Origin: Candidatus Moraniibacteriota bacterium
GTDB lineage: Bacteria; Patescibacteriota; Minisyncoccia; Moranbacterales; UBA1568
Direction: 5' to 3'
Length of the DNA: 64,000 bases
NCBI GenBank assembly: GCA_016699875.1
Contig: CP064989.1
Coordinates: 10,631 to 74,630 of the forward strand
Shown: piece after piece, positions 9,291 to 17,521 of the stretch
Numbering within the stretch: the first letter of the stretch is position 1
How the letters are laid out: the number at the start of each line of letters is the position of its first letter
Translations under genes and position numbers: made by a program
The notes under the pieces: model-generated
The model's input: the letters and a program-made list of their open reading frames with translations, nothing else
What the model was told of the DNA's origin: nothing
Databases searched by the model: none

Positions 9291-10049
9291 TTAGGCAGTG
9301 AGGTCGGTGAGGACCTTGCCCCAGTCCTTCCGCTCGTGCACCGTAGTGTCGTGCGTCCCTTTGCCATTGCAGACGTGGCACGGTTTCGAATGCTCGGCGT
9401 CCTCTTTGGCATGGGGGCACTTCCCCTTGGCGTCCAACGGGGTTCGGCAGTAGCCGCAAGCGGTTCCACCGACGCAGTTGTAACACTCGACGCCGAGCGC
9501 CGGATCCTCCACAAACGGCGTGTGCACGAACATGACACGAGCGCCGTTGACCACGAAGTTGGGCTTGAAGCCGTGGTAGTACGCATCGCCGATATGGTCG
9601 ATGGCCGCGCTCATGGCACCCTGATGGTGATTGGTTTCCGTGACCATAGCCACGAACTTGGCGCCACACAGAGTCGCCTTGAGTGCGATGATGAAGCCGT
9701 AGGGCACCTGCTCGCCAGAGTTGAAAACTCCGGGGGCGAGTGTTTTCCTGCTCATCGGCATCATCATGTCCGTCAACACCACCTCGAACGGAAAGGGAAT
9801 TACCGACATGGCTCCCGCCTCGTCGTGAGCCTTCCAGTAAGCGCTCCACCGCTCCTTGTCCTTGGAGTCCGGCATCGTCGGGAAACCTGCCTCGACGAGA
9901 AGACGCTGAACGTTGTCCTTGTCGATCTTCTGCGACATGAGTTCCATCGCCTCGTCGAACGACTTGACGATGGTGAGCTCGTGCGCAGAAAGGGTTTCCT
10001 TGGCCGACTCGCGGTGAGACTGCTTGTCCTCGATAACCAGAATACGCAT
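9291..10049 (-). CDS. GC-rich passenger gene: atypical CheY-like receiver-fold protein with a C-terminal Cys-rich (4x CxxC-like) zinc-ribbon-like region
   Basis: 'MRILVIEDKQ' start is preceded by AAAGGAG 7 nt upstream. Contains 'VVLTDMMMP' (Asp-x-x-M-P phospho-acceptor-like) and 'CYNCVGGTACGYCRTPLDAKGKCPHAKEDAEHSKPCHVCNGKG'. GC is about 58%, against an AT-rich IS next door. Confidence 0.5.
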   Translation of the reverse strand: MRILVIEDKQSHRESAKETLSAHELTIVKSFDEAMELMSQKIDKDNVQRLLVEAGFPTMPDSKDKERWSAYWKAHDEAGAMSVIPFPFEVVLTDMMMPMSRKTLAPGVFNSGEQVPYGFIIALKATLCGAKFVAMVTETNHHQGAMSAAIDHIGDAYYHGFKPNFVVNGARVMFVHTPFVEDPALGVECYNCVGGTACGYCRTPLDAKGKCPHAKEDAEHSKPCHVCNGKGTHDTTVHERKDWGKVLTDLTA

Positions 10050-10095
10050 GGTAATTCTCCTTTCAGTTTGGTTCGTTTGATTTCGCCTACCCACA

Positions 10096-10140
10096 ATGAG
10101 TAGCGCACTAAATACCCAATTTAGACGTCCAATGCGCTAC
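10096..10140. promoter_or_regulatory. Palindromic candidate operator upstream of the GC-rich passenger gene
   Basis: 'gagtagcgcac' ... 'gtgcgctactc'-type inverted repeat (tgagtagcgcact / caatgcgctactcac) in the 5' region of the minus-strand gene. Confidence 0.3.
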
Positions 10141-10357
10141 TCACAGAGTAAGTAAGGAGAATTAACCGCTTCTTTTCTCTCGCTTATCAAAGAGCTATTT
10201 TCGCTAATTTTGGAGGAAGTATACCACCTCAAATTTCGCGTTAAGTGTAGCGTATTGTGTCTATTCTGTCAAGCCCAAACGCTATAATCAAAACTATGCC
10301 CAAAAACCAACAAAAAAAGCCCTTATTTCAAGGACAATTTCATATCTTCTTATTTGG

Positions 10358-10514
10358 TTGTCGGCGCAAACTTTTTCGGAGCGAGGGCGCGGCGGAATTC
10401 CTCCCCCCAACCCCCTCCTTCCGCCGCGCCCGAGCGGATTTCAGAGATTTGGCAAAATTGCGTCAGTAATTTTTCTCAAAATGGGTCCGCGCTACATTCA
10501 GAATATCCCACAAA
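10358..10514. repeat. Right copy of the 157-bp inverted repeat pair. Internal hairpin at about 10385-10431 with a C-rich loop on this strand.
   Basis: Reverse complement of 8248-8404 with one mismatch (gcaatt vs gtaatt). Both ends diverge sharply from the left copy outside the repeat. Confidence 0.85.
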
Positions 10515-10655
10515 ACACAAATTTTGAGGCTTTTCATAGCCTCTTTTTTGTATTGACACCGAGTCTAAAAAGGTGTACAATAATATGTTGTAAGTAAGAG
10601 CTTGCGACTGCCTCGATTCCCGGCATCCAGGGGATTTTCTTTGAAAAAGGAGATG

Positions 10656-11213
10656 GCGATGACGATTCAGTCGATCACGCAAGGCCAAGCAAATCAGAAG
10701 AAGCCCAGATCGCATTACCCGGTGCTTGCTGAAACCAGGCTCCTCAAACCTGTCGGCAAGTCAACTGTTCCAGTCAGGACGAATCCCTTCAATGCAGAAA
10801 AGTTCTACCAGACCGGCACCGGCCTTTACGTCTACGGCATGTTCCCAGGTCGCCTCAACTTGAGTTTTAGGCAGACAGTGGATTCGGCTCCCGAACGTCC
10901 CTACGTGGCTTTGCTCCTCAAGGAAAACGCCTACGACAGGAACATCCGCAAGAAACTGCCGGACATGCACCTGTCCACACTGGAAGACATCGCAGGCCTC
11001 ATTGAAGCACAGCCGGGCGGCAAGCCGGGCTTCCTGCTAAACAACGGCTACGCGAACATCTTCTACGTCGAGGAAAACAGTGAAGTCTTCGTCGTGGATG
11101 TCGGCTGGAAATTCGACCGCTGCGAGTGGGGCGTCGACGGCTGGAAGCTCGGCGAGGCTGGCCGCTGGCGCGTTGACACGCAGGTTCTCTGCCCAAGCAA
11201 CGCGGCGCTCTGA
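10656..11213 (+). CDS. Hypothetical protein (GC-rich, no recognisable domain)
   Basis: Start at 'MAMTIQS' with GGAG 8 nt upstream. About 55% GC. Followed by a hairpin plus T-run. Confidence 0.5.
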   Translation, partial: AMTIQSITQGQANQKKPRSHYPVLAETRLLKPVGKSTVPVRTNPFNAEKFYQTGTGLYVYGMFPGRLNLSFRQTVDSAPERPYVALLLKENAYDRNIRKKLPDMHLSTLEDIAGLIEAQPGGKPGFLLNNGYANIFYVEENSEVFVVDVGWKFDRCEWGVDGWKLGEAGRWRVDTQVLCPSNAAL

Positions 11214-11253
11214 CACCTTTTTAGTTCATTTGAACAAAAGACTTTTGTCTATT

Positions 11254-11300
11254 AAACCCTTGGAAGCTACAGTGTAACAACCAAGGGTTTTTTGTCTTTT
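11254..11300 (+). terminator. Rho-independent terminator candidate
   Basis: aaacccttgg-(17 nt loop)-ccaagggttt followed by ttttgtcttttttt. Confidence 0.5.
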
Positions 11301-11331
11301 TTTGTCTTGCCGAAAATAGGTACCAGAGAAG

Positions 11332-11544
11332 TCAGAACAAAATCTTTCCAATTGCGAAAAAAGCGATAATGGCCCAGAGAACATTCAGCACGCCTGGCTG
11401 ATATGTCTTCTTATGGAAGGAGATGGCGACGATACCGAGTGCGCCTGTTCCATTGAGAAGCTGGTACACAATACTCGTTGGTGTCAGGAATGAGAAACTT
11501 ATCAGGGCATAGGCGAGAGAATGATGGAGACTGTTCCGTACCAA
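11332..11544 (-). CDS. Small hydrophobic membrane protein, possibly one gene interrupted by a frameshift with an upstream 24-codon ORF
   Basis: The 70-aa ORF (TTG start) is almost entirely hydrophobic. An ATG ORF 'MNKDRLIALFGWYGTVSIILSPMP*' begins at 11579 in another frame and overlaps it. Confidence 0.3.
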   Translation of the reverse strand: MVRNSLHHSLAYALISFSFLTPTSIVYQLLNGTGALGIVAISFHKKTYQPGVLNVLWAIIAFFAIGKILF

Positions 11545-11579
11545 CCGAAAAGCGCAATGAGTCTATCTTTATTCATAGA

Positions 11580-11984
11580 TCAATCAATGAGATCTTTTGA
11601 TTTCAGATCATCGAAGATGAGTTGATCCACGGGCGATATCTCATTTCGTCTCGAGGAGTCAAACCAATCCATTTGTTCCACTTCAGCACTGGGCGCAAGC
11701 TTCCCTGAGTATTTTCCTTGGTAGCAAGTCATTCTTACGAGAGTTCCTTCCGGTTTTCCGTGAGCTTGTGCCTCAAAGGTTCCGTAGTGCTTGAGAGTTT
11801 CGGGAATGATGTCGATCTGCAGCTCCTCTTTCATTTCTCGCATCAGAGCTTCTTGATCGCTTTCATTATTCTCGCGTTTTCCTCCCGGAATGTACCAAGC
11901 GTCTTTTCCATAACTACGCGTCTCCAAGACTCTCCGGTTAAGAATTTCAATAAAGGCCAGTTTGTCGATGTATGTTGTTTCCAT
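11580..11984 (-). CDS. NUDIX hydrolase
   Basis: Nudix box 'GGKRENNESDQEALMREMKEELQI' (GX5EX7REUXEEXGU). Confidence 0.85.
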   Translation of the reverse strand: METTYIDKLAFIEILNRRVLETRSYGKDAWYIPGGKRENNESDQEALMREMKEELQIDIIPETLKHYGTFEAQAHGKPEGTLVRMTCYQGKYSGKLAPSAEVEQMDWFDSSRRNEISPVDQLIFDDLKSKDLID

Positions 11985-12017
11985 ATATATTGCATCTAAT
12001 GAGGAATGAGGGATGCT

Positions 12018-13721
12018 TTAAGAATCACTCCTCTCAGTTTCCGAGAGGAGAGCGTCTTTGTTTGCATCTTCAGAGAAAGTGACGGAATCTTTGGCGAAGC
12101 CGCTTGCTTGCATGTCTATGTTGTGTGAATCGGCTCCGGAGATCGTGAGACAGTCTTTGCGGACGAGAGGGCACTTGGTGTTTATGAACGAGAGATTGGC
12201 GCCATCCTTGATATCGAAGACCGTGCCCTTGGTGGGGACGGCAGTAACTCTGTCAAAAGTGATATATTCCGCCTTTTCTATTTGAGCGCCCCATTTCGAG
12301 GAAATTTTGACGTTCTTGAAAACAACGTCAATAATCGGCTGTTCCACGAGCCCGTTGATTTCTATTGAGCGATCGGTTTTCCCGACAGACATATCTTCGA
12401 TGGCGATGTTGCGAAAGAGGGGGATAGCGCCGCGGCCTTTGATAAAGGAGTTTTCATAGGCGGTTGTGAGTTGTACCGCAGCTATGGAGGCGTAGTCGAT
12501 ATTCACTATATTGGCGTGGATATTTTCTACGATTCCGCCGCGGCCCTTTGAGGACTTGATGCGGAACCCATACTGAACCATATTTGCGGAAAGGTTTTCA
12601 ATGAAAATATTGCGCACATCGCCGGACATCTCGCTCCCGATGGCGACAGCGGCATGCGCTTCGAGTATGGAATTATTTCTGATTAAGACATTTTCCGTTG
12701 GTTCTCGAACACGGAGACCGTCACTATTTCTTCCTGACTTGAGGACAATGGCATCATCGCCGGTACTGAAAACGTTATCCTCAATAAGGACATTTATTGA
12801 AGAGTCGAGTGCTACGCCATCGGTGCTTGGTCCGGCACTGGTCTCAATATGAACACCGCGAACAATGATATGTGTACTGTAGAGCGGATGAATCGTCCAC
12901 ATGGGACCGTTTTGTATGGTGACGCCCTCGACGAGTACGCGGTGGCAATTCATAAATTCGATGAATGCCGGGCGAAGAGCGTCTGCGACGGTTCCGAAAA
13001 CGCGCTCGGACACGGGTACATCGTCGTCGCCCATTCGGTAGAGATTTTTGATAGACTTGTTCCAGTCACGCATCGCTTCCCACCAAACGGCGCCTTGTCC
13101 ATCGAGCGTGCCTTCACCCGTAATGGCAACATTGAAAGCATTGGCAGTATAGATAGGAGCGGAATAGTTGTAATATTCAATGCCCTCGAAGCGAGAGAAA
13201 ACGACCGGCAGATACTCTTCAAAGTTCGTGCTGAAAAGAATGGTCGATCCCTTTTCGAGGTGAAGATTGATATTGCTTTTGAGATGTATCGCTCCGGTGA
13301 ACCAGGTGCCTTTGGGAACTTGGACGGTCCCGCCTCCGGTACTGGCGCAGTCCTCTATCGCTTTCCGAAACGCTTCAGTATCGGAGGTGATGCCATCACC
13401 CTTCGCACCGTAGTCGGCGATGGAACAAACTCTGTCCGGAAAACCCGTTTCCTCAATACTGAGCGAGCCACCGGAAAGTGTCTGAAGTGTGGCAATCGAT
13501 GTTGCCAGCGGAATGGATTGCGATATATCCGGGAATTCCCGAGGGATTTCCGGTTCGGTCGGCAGTGTTTCTTCGGGAGAAGCTTCTCTCGTAAAATCCT
13601 GTGATGATGAGAATATTGTTCGTATCCGGTCTCCGAACAGTTTCCAACCTCCAAGGATAACTCCGACAATGCAGAGAGCAAAAAGGAGGAGAAGAATGGC
13701 TGTTCGACGCTGCTGAATCAT
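12018..13721 (-). CDS. Membrane-anchored right-handed beta-helix glycoside hydrolase (GH28 / pectate-lyase-3 family)
   Basis: N-terminal TM helix. 'DYGAKGDGITSDTEAFRKAIEDCASTGGGTVQVPKGTWFTGAIHLKSNINLHL' is the hallmark of the Pectate_lyase_3/GH28 beta-helix. Paralogous to 23682-25217. Confidence 0.75.
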   Translation of the reverse strand: MIQQRRTAILLLLFALCIVGVILGGWKLFGDRIRTIFSSSQDFTREASPEETLPTEPEIPREFPDISQSIPLATSIATLQTLSGGSLSIEETGFPDRVCSIADYGAKGDGITSDTEAFRKAIEDCASTGGGTVQVPKGTWFTGAIHLKSNINLHLEKGSTILFSTNFEEYLPVVFSRFEGIEYYNYSAPIYTANAFNVAITGEGTLDGQGAVWWEAMRDWNKSIKNLYRMGDDDVPVSERVFGTVADALRPAFIEFMNCHRVLVEGVTIQNGPMWTIHPLYSTHIIVRGVHIETSAGPSTDGVALDSSINVLIEDNVFSTGDDAIVLKSGRNSDGLRVREPTENVLIRNNSILEAHAAVAIGSEMSGDVRNIFIENLSANMVQYGFRIKSSKGRGGIVENIHANIVNIDYASIAAVQLTTAYENSFIKGRGAIPLFRNIAIEDMSVGKTDRSIEINGLVEQPIIDVVFKNVKISSKWGAQIEKAEYITFDRVTAVPTKGTVFDIKDGANLSFINTKCPLVRKDCLTISGADSHNIDMQASGFAKDSVTFSEDANKDALLSETERSDS

Positions 13722-13737
13722 GGCGGACGAGAGTTAT

Positions 13738-15597
13738 TTATTCCGAGGATGGGTTTCCTAAAAGGAGTTGCTCGGCGGGAATCACTTTCACAAAATTTTC
13801 CGGGCGATTGCCGATAACGAACGTCTTTGAGGTCTCTTCGGTTGCATATGCTTTTTTGAAATCAATAGGATCGCTGCCGGGGTGAGAAAGCTTTGTGGTT
13901 CTGGATCGACGCCCGGACGAGACTACGACATAGTCAAAATGGAGATCTCGCAAATCTTTCTGACTGAGTCCGGTGCGGCACTCCCCGATAAAGACGGCGC
14001 AGACAGCCCCCTTATCCGCCCATATGGAGATTTCGCGGGGATTTGGCAGGTGGTTGAGAAAGTCGGCGGCTTCCCAACTTCCATCGCCCATATCCTTCAA
14101 ATTGACGAAATAGGGTTCCGGAAGAAGAGATGATGTGTAGGCGAAATAGTACGGCTTGACGGAGAAAAGGCTGATGAATGAAAGAAGTGCCACCGCTGAT
14201 ATTGCGGCAAGGGAGGTGTGGGAATGCTTACGAAGGCGTTCGGACTTGAGAAGAAAAGCAATGCCAAGAGCAGCTAGAATAAAAGCGAAAGGGAAGATGG
14301 TTATTTGGTAGCGTATGGTGGCAACTACGTGATTGACGGTTGACGCGACGTAGTAGAGAAGGATAAAGAGCGTGATAAAGAAAGCTATTTTTGTTTCTTG
14401 TGACGTTATATACTTTTTTGTTGAGCCAAAAACAAGCGCTACAACCAGAGTAATAAGCGCAAACGGCGAAATGCCGAACATAAGACTATATAAATCGGCA
14501 ACGACAGTGTCGGTAAAAATATACAAGCGTGAGCTGTCTCCTCCGGAGCCTTTCGGAGAGGCAAGCGAGGCATCGGTATTGAAGAGACTCATGCCGTTGA
14601 GCGTATTCAGTAAGACGAAAAGAATAGCAGCAATAAAGAATATGAAAACCATTCGAATAAAAAGTATTCGATATCGTGAGAGGGTGTGCAAAATAGCGGC
14701 AGTAAATTTGTTCTTGAATAAAACAGCGTCGAGCGCAATAAGCGCAATGATGCTTGCAAAAAGCGGCCAGGTGCTCTCGAAAGCCTTGCTAAGGAATGTC
14801 CCTTCGAAGACCATTTCCGGATGCTTCCATGTCGCAGGGAAAAGCGCAAAGAATGTCGCCAGAGAGATGCTCACCAAGATGAGGTAATGAAGAGCTGATT
14901 GTCTTATGTAGGTTCGAAGATCCGGTTTTTCCTGAGAGAGGATGTACTCCAAAAAGGGAAGTGCGAAGAAGAATATATAGAGAATATTGGCGACGTATTT
15001 GGTAAGAAGAGAGAGTCCGAGGAGCACTCCGCTTGCATAGAGGTACTTTTTTTCAGCGCTTTTCTGGAAAACAAAATAGCTCAGTGTCGAGAGCGGAAGA
15101 AATATCCAGAGAAGCGAGTCGGGGTTGATAATGAGCGAGATTCCGAGGAGGATCGGTGAGAATCCTATAAAAACAAAGGCGATGAGAGCGGTCGTTTCAT
15201 CGAAGAGTTTTTTAAGAAGAATGAAAAAGAATGGGAGAGAGAGGAGACAAAAAAGAAAAATGGGCAGACGGAAGAAGAAGTTGATATCATTTATGGCTTG
15301 AAACTCTTCATCGGTTTTTACGTTATCGCGCAGACCCTTGTAGGGAAGGGGGTCTATTGTAAGAAGTCCGGCGCCGGAGAGGATTGCGGTCGTGATGCCG
15401 GGTTTGTCATTGATATTGGTGGATCGCCATTTTCCTTCGGCGATCGCCTTCCAAAACTTCGGTGTTCGCTGGTATGTCCAGTAGGGCTCATCAACTGCCG
15501 AATACGACTCGAGACGCGACAGTCCGAGCGCTAAGTTTATGGCAAGTACGGCAACGATAACAAGCGGCGCGAAGCACTTTCGGCAATTGAGTTTCAT
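13738..15597 (-). CDS. GT-C fold membrane glycosyltransferase (GT39/GT83, ArnT/PMT-like) with canonical DE motif
   Basis: More than 10 predicted TM helices. First loop reads 'SAVDEPYWTY'. Has a C-terminal soluble domain. Diverges from the neighbouring paralog at 15722. Confidence 0.7.
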   Translation of the reverse strand: MKLNCRKCFAPLVIVAVLAINLALGLSRLESYSAVDEPYWTYQRTPKFWKAIAEGKWRSTNINDKPGITTAILSGAGLLTIDPLPYKGLRDNVKTDEEFQAINDINFFFRLPIFLFCLLSLPFFFILLKKLFDETTALIAFVFIGFSPILLGISLIINPDSLLWIFLPLSTLSYFVFQKSAEKKYLYASGVLLGLSLLTKYVANILYIFFFALPFLEYILSQEKPDLRTYIRQSALHYLILVSISLATFFALFPATWKHPEMVFEGTFLSKAFESTWPLFASIIALIALDAVLFKNKFTAAILHTLSRYRILFIRMVFIFFIAAILFVLLNTLNGMSLFNTDASLASPKGSGGDSSRLYIFTDTVVADLYSLMFGISPFALITLVVALVFGSTKKYITSQETKIAFFITLFILLYYVASTVNHVVATIRYQITIFPFAFILAALGIAFLLKSERLRKHSHTSLAAISAVALLSFISLFSVKPYYFAYTSSLLPEPYFVNLKDMGDGSWEAADFLNHLPNPREISIWADKGAVCAVFIGECRTGLSQKDLRDLHFDYVVVSSGRRSRTTKLSHPGSDPIDFKKAYATEETSKTFVIGNRPENFVKVIPAEQLLLGNPSSE

Positions 15598-15721
15598 GAA
15601 AAAATCGAGAAATTACACATTTGGCAATACCCGAATGATACAAGAAATTCCCTCGGCTTGCAAAAATTTCAGGCTTTCAGAGCATCTTTCGGCTTTACGA
15701 ACGACGGAGGAGAATGATAGA

Positions 15722-17512
15722 ATGTCTCATATTGCCGTACGCGTTTGTATGGATATTCTGAGACAGTACAGATGGACTCTTGCCTTGCTCGCCATACTTT
15801 TTGGCGCTATTTTCGTGCGGACCTATTCCTTGGACGAGTGGCTCTATTTCAAGATGGACCAAGCGCGAGATGCGCTTCTGATTACCGATATTCTCGAAAA
15901 TGGGCCGAGCAGTCTTCCTCTTCTCGGTCCCCGGGTCGGTGCGGTAGAACTCAAGAGCGGGTTTCTGCGCCTGGGTCCCATATACTACTACTTTCAGTAT
16001 CTTGCCGGCATCTTGTTCCATTCGTCGGAGCCATCGGTTTTTGCGTATCCGGATGTATTCTTCTCAATCGCGGCGATTCCTCTCCTGTACGCGTTTGCCC
16101 GCCTTTACTTTGAGAAACGCCATGCGCTCATGGTAACGGCGATGTACGCTTTCTCGTTTCTGGTGATTCAATACTCTCGCTTTGCATGGAATCCAAACTC
16201 GTTGCAATTTTTCATTCTATTGAGTTTCTATGGACTCCTGCGATTTCTCAATGAGGAGCGATTTTCATCAAAATGCCGCTGGCTAGCTCTTTGGGCTGTT
16301 GGCAGTGCTATCGGTTCACAACTCCATTTTTTCGGATTTTTTAGTTTACTGGGTATTTCAGGACTCCTCGTGCTCTTTCATGGGCGCATTTGGAGGAAAA
16401 CATCCTGGCAGACAATGTTTCACAGAGAATCCCTTCGACAGTTCGCCGTATTCTCAGCTATAGTTGTCGGGATATTCGCTTTTTTCTACACGCCGGTTGT
16501 ATTGAGTGACAGTCTTCGCGGCGGAGAAAATACCAGGAACTTCTTTGAAGCGCTCGGATCGAAAGCGGAAAAGAAACCCCTTGTTGAGAAACTTCAGAAG
16601 ACGGTGACAGAAAATCTGAAGTATTCCTGCCTGTTGCTCACATCGGAATGTTATGCCGGCGACGTCGATTCTCAAGAGAATGTGCCATTTATTGTTCTCA
16701 CGGCCACGATATTTCTTGTCGGAGCGATATTGGCAGTTCGAGGACTGAGAAGGGAGGATAATACTCTCCGCCGTGATTTTCTAGCGCTTGCACTTCTCTG
16801 GATCGGCGTTTTTGTCGTGCTCACGGAACCGGTTTCCTTTCAGCTTCGACCGCGCTTCTACATTGTGATTTTTGCGATCCCGTTTCTTTTTCTGGGATTT
16901 CTCTATGAATTTCTTGAAAGTCGATTTGGCAGGCGAGTGTTTCCCGTATCGATTTTACTGACACTAGGTATCGTAGCGCTCAATGCTCATGGCACATTCC
17001 TGTGGTTTAGAGAACAGGCGAAGGCGCAAACGAAAGCGATCCCGGTAAAGCGGACTCTTATTTTAAAAACCAAGGATGGCGTAACACTCGGGCAACTGCG
17101 AGGTGCGGCGGACTGGGCATATGCTCGCATGAAACCAGGAAATACGCTCTACTATTATGTGAAACCGGAGCATCAGCGCCCGATCAAGTTTCTTTTGCGC
17201 TCGCATGGAGACAGCTTGCTTCGCGTCGAATCGCTTACGATAAATGAGGATCCGACGGCGCAATTTTTCGCAATCACGCCAGCAAAGAACGGCAAGAAAG
17301 ATGTTGCCAAAAAACTGAAGTTGTCCGAAGGAGACTGTATCATTCTTGATTCAAAACAATTCGGTGAGCTTCTGGTATCGGAGATAAACTTCCCAAATCG
17401 TCATATTTCCGATACGTTCAAATATAAAGAGAATAAAGAGGTTGATCGGGAAGGCGAGGGCGACCGAAGTTATTGGAGGGATATTCTCCCGGCACTGTCC
17501 GGGGAAGAGTAA
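15722..17512 (+). CDS. ArnT/PMT-like GT-C membrane glycosyltransferase, paralog 1 of 4 (DQARD variant)
   Basis: Start set to 'MSHIAV' (GGAGGA 13 nt upstream). The longer ORF would overlap the divergent gene. Carries 'DQARDALL', 'LGPIYYYFQ', 'AYPDVFFS' and 'YSRFAWNPN', followed by a C-terminal extracytoplasmic domain. Confidence 0.7.
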   Translation: MSHIAVRVCMDILRQYRWTLALLAILFGAIFVRTYSLDEWLYFKMDQARDALLITDILENGPSSLPLLGPRVGAVELKSGFLRLGPIYYYFQYLAGILFHSSEPSVFAYPDVFFSIAAIPLLYAFARLYFEKRHALMVTAMYAFSFLVIQYSRFAWNPNSLQFFILLSFYGLLRFLNEERFSSKCRWLALWAVGSAIGSQLHFFGFFSLLGISGLLVLFHGRIWRKTSWQTMFHRESLRQFAVFSAIVVGIFAFFYTPVVLSDSLRGGENTRNFFEALGSKAEKKPLVEKLQKTVTENLKYSCLLLTSECYAGDVDSQENVPFIVLTATIFLVGAILAVRGLRREDNTLRRDFLALALLWIGVFVVLTEPVSFQLRPRFYIVIFAIPFLFLGFLYEFLESRFGRRVFPVSILLTLGIVALNAHGTFLWFREQAKAQTKAIPVKRTLILKTKDGVTLGQLRGAADWAYARMKPGNTLYYYVKPEHQRPIKFLLRSHGDSLLRVESLTINEDPTAQFFAITPAKNGKKDVAKKLKLSEGDCIILDSKQFGELLVSEINFPNRHISDTFKYKENKEVDREGEGDRSYWRDILPALSGEE

Positions 17513-17521
17513 ATCGAGAAT

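Noticed and set aside
9336-10103. 255-aa plus-strand ORF antisense to the GC-rich cargo gene, and other nested ORFs 9082-9849, 9218-9586 and 9800-10108
   Set aside because: They are typical long spurious frames in high-GC DNA, with no RBS and no motif. The minus-strand frame has a perfect SD and domain-like motifs.
15539-15721. Upstream 61-codon extension of the first tandem paralog (start at 15539)
   Set aside because: It would overlap the divergently transcribed GT-C gene start at 15597. The paralogs all begin about 15-20 residues before the first TM helix, and GGAGGA precedes the ATG at 15722.
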